Shown piece after piece: positions 8,471 through 16,537 of a stretch of 62,929 bases of DNA. The notes beneath the pieces are model-generated. The model was given only the letters and a program-made list of their open reading frames with translations. It was not told where the DNA came from and did no database searches. Made by a program: the position numbers and the translations under genes. The stretch is from a virus. The stretch's first letter is position 1; each line of letters opens with the position of its first letter. The stretch is taken from the IMG/VR virus record IMGVR_UViG_3300034392_000002; one strand, given 5' to 3'.

Positions 8471-8986
8471 ATGCGCTCACACTTATTTATTAATTCTCTG
8501 CTGCTATGCTGCCTGCTATCTCTGACGACGTTCGCCCAAGGCCGCAATCCGACCCGCAAGCCTGCTCCTAGTGAGCCGCCGGCGCAGCCTGCCACGGTGG
8601 CTACACCCGAACTGGCACAGGACAGCCAGACTCAGCCAGCGTTGGAAAAGCTCAGCCCAGAAGAAGTTCAGTTGCTCGTGCAAATCATGCTGGCGGAACA
8701 ACAGGCGAGGTTGGCAGGCTTGACTCAGAAGAAAGATAAAGACCAGCCTGATCCGATGGAGAATCTAGCGCGCCTGTACGCATTAGCCATTACAAAACAT
8801 CCGAAACTGCTTCCACGGCTGATCGGGCAAGCACTTACTCCATTTTACGAAGGCAAGGAGTCAGCGCGCGGTGCAGCGCAGGTCTCACAGGTGGCGGATG
8901 AAGCTGGCATTAAGTTTCAACTCATCATCATGGCGCAGAATCAGCGCATCATTGAACTTCTCGAATTGATTGCGAGGAAAAGGTGA
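8471..8986 (+). CDS. secreted protein of unknown function (moron-like)
   Basis: N-terminal signal peptide MRSHLFINSLLLCCLLSLTTFAQG; lies just downstream of a strong terminator. Confidence 0.6.
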   Translation: MRSHLFINSLLLCCLLSLTTFAQGRNPTRKPAPSEPPAQPATVATPELAQDSQTQPALEKLSPEEVQLLVQIMLAEQQARLAGLTQKKDKDQPDPMENLARLYALAITKHPKLLPRLIGQALTPFYEGKESARGAAQVSQVADEAGIKFQLIIMAQNQRIIELLELIARKR

Positions 8987-9026
8987 TCTTCAGTAAGAAA
9001 ACGGTTGAGTTGATAGGAACGGGAAT

Positions 9027-9383
9027 TTGAGCACGACCGTTTGTCCAAGGTGCGGTAGACAGGAAATATATCGCTCACGACGGCGCAACCTCTTAGAGCG
9101 CCTTCTTTCCTTTGTCGGCGTTGTCCCTTTTCGCTGCGGCGGCTGTACTCACAGGTTTTTCCGGCGCAACCTCAACGGGGGAGATATGAGATTCCCAAAA
9201 ACTAAGCCGATGCGATGGTGTGACTTCTGCAAGTGGATAACCGATGTCTCATCTAAAGATAAAACCCTCTGCGCTTTTTGCGGCAAGCCCTACGCTACTG
9301 GCTGGAAGCGATTTGCAAGCTTCGTGCAGAGAAAATATAGAGATTGGAAGATGGGCTACAAAGAGAAGAAGGGGGCGGATTGA
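9027..9383 (+). CDS. zinc-ribbon protein
   Basis: TTG start; CPRCG...RCGGC and CDFC...CAFCG pairs. Confidence 0.4.
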   Translation: MSTTVCPRCGRQEIYRSRRRNLLERLLSFVGVVPFRCGGCTHRFFRRNLNGGDMRFPKTKPMRWCDFCKWITDVSSKDKTLCAFCGKPYATGWKRFASFVQRKYRDWKMGYKEKKGAD

Positions 9384-9485
9384 AGACACCCTTGCCCCTT
9401 TTCTGTGCAGAATTTCCAGTTTAGAAAGAATCTAGCGCGCCTCTTTTTTATTTTACGGCACGAATCAACGGGTGCTCCAGCGACT

Positions 9486-10997
9486 TTACTGGCCCCGGTA
9501 TACCGCCTCACAGGCTGGACTATTCTCATAGGATGAACCAAAGCTTGCATTTAGGTTCACGACGTCAAGCGCGCCTCCACTGCTCTGATATGCAAGCAAC
9601 TCGACATAATCGCCACCTGTAAAGTTGCGCGTCACGTGGACGCGCTGTGTAAAACGGTTTGCGCCCGGCACGTTCGTCTCCTGCATGTCAACAAAGATGC
9701 CTCCTGCCCCATTCCTCCGAAGATAGAGCACGCGGTCACCAGCCCCATTCCCGGCCCATGTCACCATGCATTGGACAGTGTAATAGCCGGTGCGCGGAAA
9801 AGTGATACGCGTGTTATTGGTGGCAGTATCATGGTAGGTGGCCGTGTCATAGCCACCATTGCCCTCTGAATTAAAGGCGATAGCTGTTGCTGCGATATTG
9901 GGGATAGATTGGTTAGCAGTGGAAGTAATCTTGACGCCATCGAAGCCGACCACACCGACAGGCACTCTGCCCGTTGCCAGATTGCTCGCGTTCAGGTTTG
10001 TCAGGTTCGCCCCGCTAGCAGACGGAAGCGTAGCCGGGAAGCGACCATCCGGCACAGTACCGGAGCTAAGGTCTGAAGCCGAGCGCGTGGTTAAATCTGC
10101 CAAGCTGCTCGTGGTCTTGTTGATCTGGGCCCACGTGTAATCATTAGTAGCTGCCACAACAGCACCAGTGCGACCGAAGACGGAAGTGACTGGATAACTG
10201 ATGCGCGCATCAACGGCGCTATTGAAATCTGAGACTTGCGAAGCCGTATGAGTGTGCGCAGTCGGCGTACGTGAATCAGAAAGCCGTCCATCGTTTCCAA
10301 GTACAACCTCAGCGCTGCCGGCGTTGCCCGAAGCAGGAACATTCCGCGTCGCTGCCGTGCCGAGAGTCGGGCCGCTGGCAACGACGGTCACCCGCCCCTT
10401 TGCGTCGTAAGTCAGGCTGCACACCGTACAACTCCCGGCCGTCAGCAGATTCGGAAGGATGTCAGAGGTCAGCCCGGCCACATCCACGCTCACATTTGTT
10501 TGCCCTGCCGGACTGTCCGTGGCAATGAGGCCCGTTGTGAAGTTGAGGTCCTGCGCCGGGTTCGCCAGCGCAACCCCGTCGTCCTTCGTAATCACTCCTT
10601 CGGGAGGGATGGTGGAGGTGGGAATGAGCACACCGAGGTCAGCGGTCGGCGCGTCAGGTATCCTGAGCCTCTTGCCCACGGTTACATCAAGGCCGACGAC
10701 GGGGCCGCGCACGTAAGTGTCGGAATTACGAATCGCTACAAACGTGACGACTCCGGCGAAGTTGCTTGTCACCTTGACGGGCTCACTGGAAATGAGCGCA
10801 TCATCTTTGACGACCCGGACGATGAAGATTGAAGTGTAAGCAGCGGGCACGCTCCCGCCTCCGCCCCCGGTCGGCTTATAGATAGTGCCTGAGACGGTGC
10901 AGGTCGGGAGCTGTGCTGACGCCGAAGTGAACGGGATAGAAATGAGTGTCAACAGTGCTAGAATTCTGAGCGTCTTGCAGACGAGATTTGTTTTCAT
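9486..10997 (-). CDS. tail-fibre-like protein with an N-terminal Sec-type signal peptide
   Basis: Start refined to ATG 10997 (RBS aaggtgagagg); MKTNLVCKTLRILALLTLISIPFTSASA|Q; fibre-type repeats (SDLSSGTVPDGRFPATLPSASGANLTNLNASNLATGRVP). Confidence 0.6.
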   Translation of the reverse strand: MKTNLVCKTLRILALLTLISIPFTSASAQLPTCTVSGTIYKPTGGGGGSVPAAYTSIFIVRVVKDDALISSEPVKVTSNFAGVVTFVAIRNSDTYVRGPVVGLDVTVGKRLRIPDAPTADLGVLIPTSTIPPEGVITKDDGVALANPAQDLNFTTGLIATDSPAGQTNVSVDVAGLTSDILPNLLTAGSCTVCSLTYDAKGRVTVVASGPTLGTAATRNVPASGNAGSAEVVLGNDGRLSDSRTPTAHTHTASQVSDFNSAVDARISYPVTSVFGRTGAVVAATNDYTWAQINKTTSSLADLTTRSASDLSSGTVPDGRFPATLPSASGANLTNLNASNLATGRVPVGVVGFDGVKITSTANQSIPNIAATAIAFNSEGNGGYDTATYHDTATNNTRITFPRTGYYTVQCMVTWAGNGAGDRVLYLRRNGAGGIFVDMQETNVPGANRFTQRVHVTRNFTGGDYVELLAYQSSGGALDVVNLNASFGSSYENSPACEAVYRGQ

Positions 10998-11007
10998 GCC
11001 TCTCACC

Positions 11008-13338
11008 TTATTTTGCTGCCCACGTACTTGATTCGCACACATAAAACGTAGAACCCGCGCCGCCATTTGTTCTGTGATAGGTACTGCCTGTAATGCACGC
11101 GCCGGATGGTGCGCCCGCGCCCTTCGAAATGGTCACGCCGCCGCCAAGATCAACGACCAAAGTCTGCACCTTTGTCGAGGCGCTGATGATTTGCAGGGTG
11201 TCAGAGATGCTCGCTCCCGTACCCGTTTCGGTTGATAGTGTAAAAGCGCCAGTTCGGTCATATACACGGATTTCCGCAAAGAATGGTGTAGCTACACTAT
11301 TGAGAGTAGCGCGGCGGACTCTCAACTTCACAGAGTTGTCCGTACTGTCGGTCTTAACATCAAGCGCGAGACCAGTGTCTGCGCCAAGACCTGTCGCAGC
11401 CGTAATCGGTAATACTTCTTTCCAAACATTCTGCGTCCCGAATGTTGGCGTCAGAACATGAAACACCTTGCCGCCACCTGATGTACCTAGAGCGTGCTCA
11501 GAAATTACAACGGTAAAAGTTAGAGGTCTTTCGCTCGCGAAGTTCGGGCCAATACTACCCAGCGTCGTATAAGAGCCGGCAGCGGCGGCCAAGTTGTACC
11601 ATTGCCGGTAAAGGCCCTTTGTGCCTTCCGAGAATTTGATGTAGCTGCCATCGCCGTTACTGAATTCCCAATTCCCACTGCCGGAAACATTAAACCTCAA
11701 CTCCGGCGGCGTAGAGTCCGAGCTTGGCCCCAGCACGAATCTGTAATTAGCAGCAGGGTCTATCGTTTCATGGCCTGACATGAAGCGTACAAGTTGAGTA
11801 TCACGAGAGATTTCGGTTTCGCTTGAACTGTTGATAAAGGGATAAGCTTGCTCTCCCCTGAAGATGAGAGGCGAGCCGGAATCGGTTTCAATGCGCGGGT
11901 TGGGTGAGATTGCCGTCGTTACTAAACTTATCTTGCCTGGAGTGAAAGTCATCCACGGAGTGCGGGTTGCCCAATCCTCAAAATGAATGGCGTTGAGCGA
12001 CCATTCGAGGTGGGTTAGTTCTGGGTTATTCAACGGCGAGTAGTAAAACATGGTGCGCTGCCCGACGCCATTGTCGCCGGTGATTAAAGTCCAGCGCTCC
12101 TGCACCGGCGCATTCGGATTTCCAGAGTCCCAGTTGATTTCCCAACCGTCGAGAATCTGGCCTTTTGTCGGATACTCACGCCCCGACAGTCCGGCATTTG
12201 TGCCCATGTAATATCCCTGCATCCGTCGAGAGCCGACAGTGTTTGCAACTGACTTCTCATAGATGGAGAAATTCACAGGCGTCGGAGTAACCTCGGTGCT
12301 CCAAATCTTGAGGCCGCCGATATTCTCGTCTCCTCGGCCTTTGAGGTTCAATATCGCTTGATTGTAAAGAGTGCCCGTATCGCCGGGCATCCCAAAGCCG
12401 ATGAGTCCAGTGTTGCCGACGTTGACGCGCGAGATGTTTCTGGTTTGCATATCAACGACGCCCCCGTTCGCATCAGTGTCGGCGGCAATGGTAGTGCTCC
12501 CCGTATTACTGACGCCGCCCGTCGCGCCCGTGATGCCCGTGCAGCCTGAGCAGTTGCCGACGAAGGCATTAGCAGTAATCGTCCCTGGTGTAGTGATGTT
12601 TCCACTAAAGCTAGAGTTCCCACTGATAGAAGGCGACATTAGCGCGGAGGATACCAACGTCTTATTACTCAATTCCTGAGTGTCAGACGTGCCGACAATC
12701 GCCCCGGATGGTGCAGCCACTATCGACCAGGCATTAACACCAGTCCGTTTCGCTAATCCAACAGTCGAAAGCCCGGCGAGCGCAGTCAAATCTCCATCAG
12801 AAGCCTGTGGGGTGAAGCCGAGCGCCGTGCTGATTTGATTGGCTGTAATCGGAAGCCATGCACTGCTTCCCGCTCCTGTCCCCTGAAGAAAGATGTTCGT
12901 GCCAGTAGGCTTTGAATCGCTCGTGCCCAGCTTCTCCTGCACCCGGATGAGTTGCCCAGCCTGAGTATTAGGAATCATCGCCACAACAGCCCCTCGTACT
13001 GGCACGCCTACAGCGTGCGGTGCCGCCGCCGAGCCATCCTGCCCGTGCAGGAGTTGGTCGAACGAAGTCAGCGTCTTGGAGCGATAAACGAGCACCTCCG
13101 AGCCGATGACGATAGCGCCAGTAGAAGGACAGCTTGATGTATTACCGACCTGCGCCGACGTGTCGCTCGTCGAGAGCGTTGCCGTGAGCGTAGTCGAACA
13201 GAAATTGGACGCACGCACGAGTTCGTCGCGCGTGTCAATGCTGTTGGGAAAGCCTGGCTGGCCCGGAGTCCCTTGCCCGTAAGCGAGGCTGTAGCAAGTT
13301 AAAGTAAGCAGTAGAAACCAAAGTAAGCGCCTCATCAT
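11008..13338 (-). CDS. tail-fibre/tailspike-like protein with an N-terminal Sec-type signal peptide
   Basis: MMRRLLWFLLLTLTCYSLAYG|Q; ITANQISTALGFTPQASDGDLTALAGL fibre motif; C-terminal ACITGSTYHRTNGGAGSTFYVCESSTWAAK. Confidence 0.6.
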   Translation of the reverse strand: MMRRLLWFLLLTLTCYSLAYGQGTPGQPGFPNSIDTRDELVRASNFCSTTLTATLSTSDTSAQVGNTSSCPSTGAIVIGSEVLVYRSKTLTSFDQLLHGQDGSAAAPHAVGVPVRGAVVAMIPNTQAGQLIRVQEKLGTSDSKPTGTNIFLQGTGAGSSAWLPITANQISTALGFTPQASDGDLTALAGLSTVGLAKRTGVNAWSIVAAPSGAIVGTSDTQELSNKTLVSSALMSPSISGNSSFSGNITTPGTITANAFVGNCSGCTGITGATGGVSNTGSTTIAADTDANGGVVDMQTRNISRVNVGNTGLIGFGMPGDTGTLYNQAILNLKGRGDENIGGLKIWSTEVTPTPVNFSIYEKSVANTVGSRRMQGYYMGTNAGLSGREYPTKGQILDGWEINWDSGNPNAPVQERWTLITGDNGVGQRTMFYYSPLNNPELTHLEWSLNAIHFEDWATRTPWMTFTPGKISLVTTAISPNPRIETDSGSPLIFRGEQAYPFINSSSETEISRDTQLVRFMSGHETIDPAANYRFVLGPSSDSTPPELRFNVSGSGNWEFSNGDGSYIKFSEGTKGLYRQWYNLAAAAGSYTTLGSIGPNFASERPLTFTVVISEHALGTSGGGKVFHVLTPTFGTQNVWKEVLPITAATGLGADTGLALDVKTDSTDNSVKLRVRRATLNSVATPFFAEIRVYDRTGAFTLSTETGTGASISDTLQIISASTKVQTLVVDLGGGVTISKGAGAPSGACITGSTYHRTNGGAGSTFYVCESSTWAAK

Positions 13339-13353
13339 CTTGTCCTTTCAAAG

Positions 13354-14034
13354 TTAGAGTCCAAAGCCACCTTCACCGAAGATCGGTGGCCCATCCGGGG
13401 CGTCTGGAGCCTGCGCAGGTAGCGCCGCCGCCAGTTCCCATTTCGGCGCAAAGAGACCAAAGCTGTAGCTGACACCGTCTGAGCGGAGCGGGCTTTCGTT
13501 TAGGGGAGTGTTGAAGCGCACGCGCTGCATCTCGTAGAGGCCGGTGTCTCCGTAGTAGAAATAGCGCGACTGGTCGTGCCAAGCGTAAAAGGCCAGCACG
13601 AGGAGCGACTCGTCATACTCGCGATTAACGGAGCTGCCGCGCCATGTAGCAGTGAACGGGCCGACAAGCTGGAAGCGCTCGGAGCCATCCTCCGCTGTAG
13701 AAACGTCCACCTCGCGAGTGACTGCCCGCTCATAGCCAACGTCGAGAGGGAAGGGAAACGTGGCATACACGTTGAGCGCAAAGCTCACCTCGGCGTTATC
13801 GTCCTGTGCCGTGACCATGACAGCGTCCTCGGCATAGCGACTCTGCATTGCACCGGGGAGGAAGAGCCGCTTGAGATTATTTTCGGGATCATCGGGCAGC
13901 GGGATAAGCTGTCCCCAAGACGCGGCCCACTCAACCACGCCGACGCTATCAACGGCCTCAAACACAGGCTTGGCCTCACCGATGCGGTAGAAGGATCGGC
14001 CCGGCTCAAAGCTGGCTGTGATTCTGAATGCCAT
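13354..14034 (-). CDS. tail-tip-associated hypothetical protein
   Basis: 226-aa ORF in the tail operon between the J-like gene and the fibre genes. Confidence 0.5.
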   Translation of the reverse strand: MAFRITASFEPGRSFYRIGEAKPVFEAVDSVGVVEWAASWGQLIPLPDDPENNLKRLFLPGAMQSRYAEDAVMVTAQDDNAEVSFALNVYATFPFPLDVGYERAVTREVDVSTAEDGSERFQLVGPFTATWRGSSVNREYDESLLVLAFYAWHDQSRYFYYGDTGLYEMQRVRFNTPLNESPLRSDGVSYSFGLFAPKWELAAALPAQAPDAPDGPPIFGEGGFGL

Positions 14035-14045
14035 GCCTCATCCTC

Positions 14046-15380
14046 CTACGGCGCGACGGGCGCGTCCGGGTTCTGTTTCGGCCCATGGTACGAGTCCTTG
14101 TAATAATCGCGAGCCGGGTTCATCACGCCGACCGTGTAGCTCTTCTCGCCGCGCCGGGGTTCGAAGATTTCCCGATTGACGCGGACGAGCAGTTGGTCGT
14201 CGAGCGTAGCGTTAGCCAGCGGGTGCGAGAGCCACACGTAACTCGCTTTGCCCACGGGGTAGCTGTCGGCCTGTCCTTTCAGGTCGAACTGCGTGGTGTA
14301 GGGAGGGTCGCAGGCTAAGGTCACCATCGTCTCGCCGATGCGCTGCGCAAGACTCTCGTACATGAGGCCCAGCGGAAACGGCCCGGCCTGTATCCACTGG
14401 CCGCCAGCCGCCTTGCGTAAAGACTCGCGCTCGATGGCGATGGTCTTCTTAGCCCACGCATCGTCCTCGTAGTCGTTGTAATCAAAAAACCAGATGTTAG
14501 GCAGCAGTGAGGGATCGCGCGGCGTGCCGGAGAAGCTGCCCTTGACGATATTCGACATGACTTCAAACTGCGACGGGTCGAACACGAAGCGATGAATGCT
14601 CTCGCGGTCAGGCGTCGGGTAGATGCGGATAGCGCCCTGAAGGTCGGCGAAGCTGGCGCCAGGACAGCGCATCATCAAAGCAGAGAAGGCGGTCGTTACG
14701 TCAATCAACTCGCCGAACGGCACGTGGATGTCATAACGCGGAACCATGATCACGTTCGGTGTGCCGTCCGCGTTCTTCTTGTCCCATGCCAAGGGCTCTG
14801 CTGCCACAAGGTCGAGATCTATCCAGCTTCCGGCCCAACGGTTGATGCGCAGCTTCGAGTAGTTGCCCACCTCGAAGCAGAGGTCGAGACCAGCCCACGC
14901 CGGACTACGGTTGAATGTCGGCTCGATCTCCTTGAGATTGCCCCGGCTGTCCGTCTCGTAAGTCATCGTTCGCAGGCCGCGCATGAAGAACTCAAGCTTG
15001 CCGGGGTCCTCCTTGCCCGGAGGCAGTAGACCCTCCCAATAGGAATAACCGCTCAGCGGATAGCCAATCTCCGGGAAGTAATCTGGAAGTCCCTGCACCG
15101 GGTCACCGGGGCCGGTACTCAAAGTGCCTGGATGGAAAGTCCATTGACGCACGCCTCCAACGAACTCCGGCATCTCTCCGCCCTCGTAGAGCACCTTGTT
15201 CAGCCCGTCACAGCCCCAGCGACCGCCGAGGGCCAGCAAGCTGAGTGCCTTCTTCCGCCCGGCTACCTCACTGTCGCCCATGAGATACGGCTTGCCCCGC
15301 GTGCTGCCTTCTCCGTAGAGGCGAGCCATCGCTGGGTTCGTTGTGTCGCCAGGGCGACGGAAGAGGAACTCAAGAGCCAT
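14046..15380 (-). CDS. tail-tip / host-specificity (J-like N-terminal) protein
   Basis: Second gene after the tape measure; NRSPAWAGLDLCFE-type segment. Confidence 0.45.
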   Translation of the reverse strand: MALEFLFRRPGDTTNPAMARLYGEGSTRGKPYLMGDSEVAGRKKALSLLALGGRWGCDGLNKVLYEGGEMPEFVGGVRQWTFHPGTLSTGPGDPVQGLPDYFPEIGYPLSGYSYWEGLLPPGKEDPGKLEFFMRGLRTMTYETDSRGNLKEIEPTFNRSPAWAGLDLCFEVGNYSKLRINRWAGSWIDLDLVAAEPLAWDKKNADGTPNVIMVPRYDIHVPFGELIDVTTAFSALMMRCPGASFADLQGAIRIYPTPDRESIHRFVFDPSQFEVMSNIVKGSFSGTPRDPSLLPNIWFFDYNDYEDDAWAKKTIAIERESLRKAAGGQWIQAGPFPLGLMYESLAQRIGETMVTLACDPPYTTQFDLKGQADSYPVGKASYVWLSHPLANATLDDQLLVRVNREIFEPRRGEKSYTVGVMNPARDYYKDSYHGPKQNPDAPVAP

Positions 15381-15383
15381 AAG

Positions 15384-16535
15384 CTAAAGCGCCTGAAACG
15401 CCGCGCCCTCCTGCGCGCGGTTGACGTGCTCCCAGAGCCTCTGCCTGCGAGGGTCAATGAACACGCCATCGAAATCGGTCTCCCGGCCATCACCAGTCAG
15501 AGGCCGGGTCGAAGGAACCGCCACGTCGGGCGTGACGGCATAGAAGCGCCAGACGTTGTTCACAGCTCCAACGAGCGTTGGGTCAGGTAGCTTGGACTTG
15601 CAGCCGTTCACCTCATCGTTGAGCCGCAGCGAACACGTCGGGCTGGGGTCTGGACTATTGCAGCCCGGCCCCTTGTAGAGCCTCCCGCAGCGTTGTGGGA
15701 CCAACTCGGCCACGGTAGCTCCGCGGAGGCTCATGTCGGACGTCACGAGGAATGGGGCCTCGGTCTTGGTCACGGTGCCGAACTTAACCGTACCGATCAC
15801 GATGTCGTCGCCTCGCCAGATGCCGTCACGACAGAGGAAGGCCCGGCCCATCACGGCGCGGCTGGGGTAGATGAGCCGGTCGCTGGCCGTGAGTATCTTG
15901 CCGTAACGGTTGTTGAGGTTGTGCAGCACGCCCTCGACATTGTCGATGGCTCGCCCCTCGGAGAAAGCGACCTGCCCGAAGCTCTTGATGTCGGGGTCAA
16001 ACGCCACCGGCTGCGCGACGCCGGCAACGCGCGCGGAGAACTCCTCTGTGCCAGCGAACTCGGCGCGGACTGCCTCACGCGTGGTCCCGAGTGAGAGTTG
16101 GCCCACCCAAAAATCGTAGCCGCCAACGTCAGGGTCGCGACCCATGTAGGCCGCATAGAGGTCGCGCACATATTCCGGGTTCGTTCGTCCTCGCGCAGCG
16201 TAAGCGGCCCCGGCGAACAAAGCCTCCAGCCTGTCCTTCACCTCCTGTAGGTACGGAGCAAAGTCGCCCTGCGAGAGCGCTTCAAGCGTTTCCAACCAGT
16301 CGTCCGTCTCCTCAGGGAGAGGGAGCCGGTCCAGGACGCCGAGATAAACAAGAGCGGCAAAGACGACGAAGCTCTCACGGCTCTCCATGACGAAAGCCTG
16401 CTTGGCTGCGCGAATAACGATGGGGGCTGTCTCGCCTGCCCGTAGCGGCAGCGTGAAGATGACCCAATCGGCGTATTCGAAGCGCCGAGCGTCAACTACC
16501 TGCTGCACCAAAACTGGAAGCTCTCTCTTGCCCAT
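15384..16535 (-). CDS. distal-tail/minor-tail protein with an embedded DUF4214-like domain and a Cys-cluster C-terminus
   Basis: EYVRDLYAAYMGRDPDVGGYDFWVGQLSLGTTREAVRAEFAGTEEF matches the DUF4214 consensus; C-terminal CGRLYKGPGCNSPDPSPTCSLRLNDEVNGC. Confidence 0.5.
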   Translation of the reverse strand: MGKRELPVLVQQVVDARRFEYADWVIFTLPLRAGETAPIVIRAAKQAFVMESRESFVVFAALVYLGVLDRLPLPEETDDWLETLEALSQGDFAPYLQEVKDRLEALFAGAAYAARGRTNPEYVRDLYAAYMGRDPDVGGYDFWVGQLSLGTTREAVRAEFAGTEEFSARVAGVAQPVAFDPDIKSFGQVAFSEGRAIDNVEGVLHNLNNRYGKILTASDRLIYPSRAVMGRAFLCRDGIWRGDDIVIGTVKFGTVTKTEAPFLVTSDMSLRGATVAELVPQRCGRLYKGPGCNSPDPSPTCSLRLNDEVNGCKSKLPDPTLVGAVNNVWRFYAVTPDVAVPSTRPLTGDGRETDFDGVFIDPRRQRLWEHVNRAQEGAAFQAL

Positions 16536-16537
16536 TT

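Noticed and set aside
9400-9485. Terminator between the convergent genes 9027..9383 and 9486..10997
   Set aside because: Only a GC-palindromic core (gcgcgc) before a T-run is present, with no stable stem-loop, so it is not reported as a feature.
9486-13338. Diversity-generating retroelement targeting the fibre C-termini
   Set aside because: No reverse transcriptase ORF and no template/variable repeat pair were seen anywhere in the window.
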